NCBI GenBank assembly: GCA_030390025.1 | Contig: JASTWF010000034.1 | Coordinates: 496,001-560,000 of the forward strand | Length of the DNA stretch: 64,000 nucleotides | From: Squalus acanthias | Lineage: Eukaryota | Reading direction: 5' to 3' | Part shown: positions 61,801 to 64,000 of the stretch, piece by piece | Position numbering within the stretch: the first letter of the stretch is position 1 | Layout: the number at the start of each line of letters is the position of its first letter | Made by a program: the position numbers and the translations under genes | Notes under the pieces: model-generated | Told to the model about the DNA's origin: nothing | What the model saw: the letters and a program-made list of their open reading frames with translations, nothing else | The model's database searches: none

Positions 61801-64000
61801 GGGGAAAGTGCGCAGGGGATGGAGGTCACCCTCGCTGCAGCCACTGGGGCCACATTAGGAGGAGCAGTAGGGTGGGAAGAGGGAAGTGCGCAGGGGATGG
61901 AGGTCACCCTCGCTGCAGCCAGTGGGCCCACATTACAGAGGAGCAGTAGGGTGGGAAGGGGGGAAGTGCGCAGGGGGTGGAGGTCACCCGTTTGCAGCCA
62001 GTGGGGCCACATTCGGAGGAGCAGTAGGGTGGGAAGGGGGAACAGCGCAGGGGATGGAGGTCACCCTCGCTGCAGCCACTGGGGCCACATTAGGAGGAGC
62101 AGTAGGGTGGGAAGGGGGTAAGTGCGCAGGGGGTGGAGGTCACCCTCGCTGCAGCCACTGGGGCCACATTAGGTGGAGCAGTAGGGTGGGAATTGGGGAA
62201 GTGCGCAGGGGGTGGAGGTCACCCTTGCTGCAGCCACTGGGACCACATCAGGAGGAGCACTAGGGCGGGAAGGGGGGAAGTGCGCAGGGGATGGAGGACT
62301 CCCTTGCTGCAGCCAGTTGGGCCACATTAGGAGGAACAGCTGTTTGGGAAGGGGGGATGTGCGCAGGGGTTGGAGGTCACCCTTGCTGCAGCCACTGGGG
62401 CCACATTCGGTGTAGCAGAAGGGGGGGAAGTCCGCAGGGGATGGAGGTCACCCTCGCTGCAGCCACTGGGACAACATTACAGAGGAGGAGTAGGGTGGGG
62501 AGGGTGTAAGTGCGCAGGGAGTGGAGGTCATCATTGCTGCAGCCACTGGGGCCACATTAGGAGGAGCAGTAGCGTGGGAAGGGGGGAAGTGCGCAGGGGG
62601 TGGAGGTCACCCTTGCTGCAGCCAGTAGGGCCACATTACAGAGGAGCAGTAGGGTGGGAAGAGGGGATGTGCGCAGGGGGTGGAGGTCACACTTGCTGCA
62701 GCTACTGGGGCCACATTAGGAGGAGCAATAGGGTGGGAAGGGGGGAAGTGCGCAGGGGATGGAGGTCACTCTCGCTGCAGCCACTGGGCCACATTATGAG
62801 GAGCAGTAGGGTGTTAAGGGGGGGAAGTGCGCAGGGGATGGAGTTCACCCTTGCTGCAGCCAGTGGTGCCACATTAGGAGGAGCAGTAGGCTGGGAAGTG
62901 GGGAAGTGCGCAGGGGATGGAGGTCACCCTTGCTGCAGCCAGTGGGGCCACATTAGGAGGAGCAGTAGGGTGGGAAGGGGGGAAGTGCGCAGGGGATGGA
63001 GGTCACCCTCGCTGCAGCCACTGGGGCCACATTACAGAGGAGCAGTAGGGTGGGAAGGGGGGAAGAGCGCAGGGGATGGAGATCAGCCTTGCTGCAGCCA
63101 GTGGGGCCACATTACAGAGGAACAGTAGGGTGGGAAGTGGGGAAGTGCGCAGTGGGTGGAGGTCACCCTCGCTGCAGCCACTGGGGCCACATTAGGAGGA
63201 GCAGTAGGGTGGGAAGGGGGGAAGTGCGCAGGGGATGGAGGTCACACTTGCTGCAGCCACTGGGGCCACATTAGGAGGAGCAGTAGGGTGGGAAGGGGGG
63301 AAGTGCGCAGGGGATGGAGGTCACACTTGCTGCAGCCACTGGGGCCACATTAGGAGGAGCAGTAGGGTGCGAAGTGGGGGGAAGTGCGCAGGGGATGGAG
63401 GTCACCCTCGCTGCAGCCACTGGGGCCACATTAGGAGGAGCAGTAGGGTGGGAAGGGGGGAAGTGCGCAGGGGATTGAGGTCACCCTTGCTGCAGCCACT
63501 GGGGCCACATTAGGAGGAGCAGTAGGGTGGGAAGGGGGGAAGTGCGCAGGGGATGGAGGTCACACTTGCTGCAGCCACTGGGGCCACATTAGGAGGAGCA
63601 GTAGGGTGCGAAGTGGGGGGAAGTGCGCAGGGGATGGAGGTCACCCTCGCTGCAGCCACTGGGGCCACATTAGGAGGAGCAGTAGGGTGGGAAGGGGGGA
63701 AGTGCGCAGGGGATTGAGGTCACCCTTGCTGCAGCCACTGGGGCCACATTAGGAGGAGCAGTAGGGTGGGAAGGGGGAAAAGTGCGCAGGGGATGGAGGT
63801 CACCCTTGCTGCAGCCACTGGGGGCTACATTCGGAGGAGCATTAGGGTGGGAAGGGGGAAAGTGCGCAGGGGATGGAGGTCACCCTTGCTATAGCCACTG
63901 GGGGCACATTAGGAGGAGCAGTAGGGTGGTAAGGGGGAAAGTGCGCAGGGGATGGAGGTCACCCTTGCTGCAGCCACTGGGGCCACATTACAGAGGAGCA
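52760..64000. repeat. Satellite E, 79/80 bp G-rich unit, ~140 copies, running off the window end
   Basis: Unit cttgctgcagccactggggccacatta(g/ca)gaggagcagtagggtgggaaggggggaagtgcgcaggggatggaggtcacc. Confidence 0.98.

Noticed and set aside
52827..63513. Dozens of ORFs of the type MEVTLAAATGATLGGAVGWEGG
   Set aside because: Artefacts of a stop-poor 79/80 bp repeat. The frame shifts with every unit.

Overview
Repeat-dense, gene-poor eukaryotic DNA, most likely from a cartilaginous fish (inferred from the CR1, RTE, Penelope and Deu-SINE content and GPR139-like exons). It is a patchwork of five tandem-repeat families (about 32, 52, 29, 31 and 79/80 bp units) interrupted by decayed LINEs, SINEs and Penelope fragments. 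A near-complete but disabled PIF/Harbinger transposon (6435-10950) carries a DDE transposase (+) and a convergent three-exon Myb/SANT-like gene (-). A second, diverged Myb/SANT copy starts at 47453, just inside the intron of a GPR139-like first exon. The main observation is that the >11 kb G-rich satellite filling 52760-64000 is an amplification of the last ~80 coding bases of that Myb/SANT gene, and it already contains a ~2.5 kb higher-order duplication. Also present: two GPR139-like first exons with no second exon found, and degenerate hammerhead ribozyme motifs in Penelope termini. No intact host gene is complete in the window. All calls were made by eye with no database search, and boundaries of decayed repeats are approximate.
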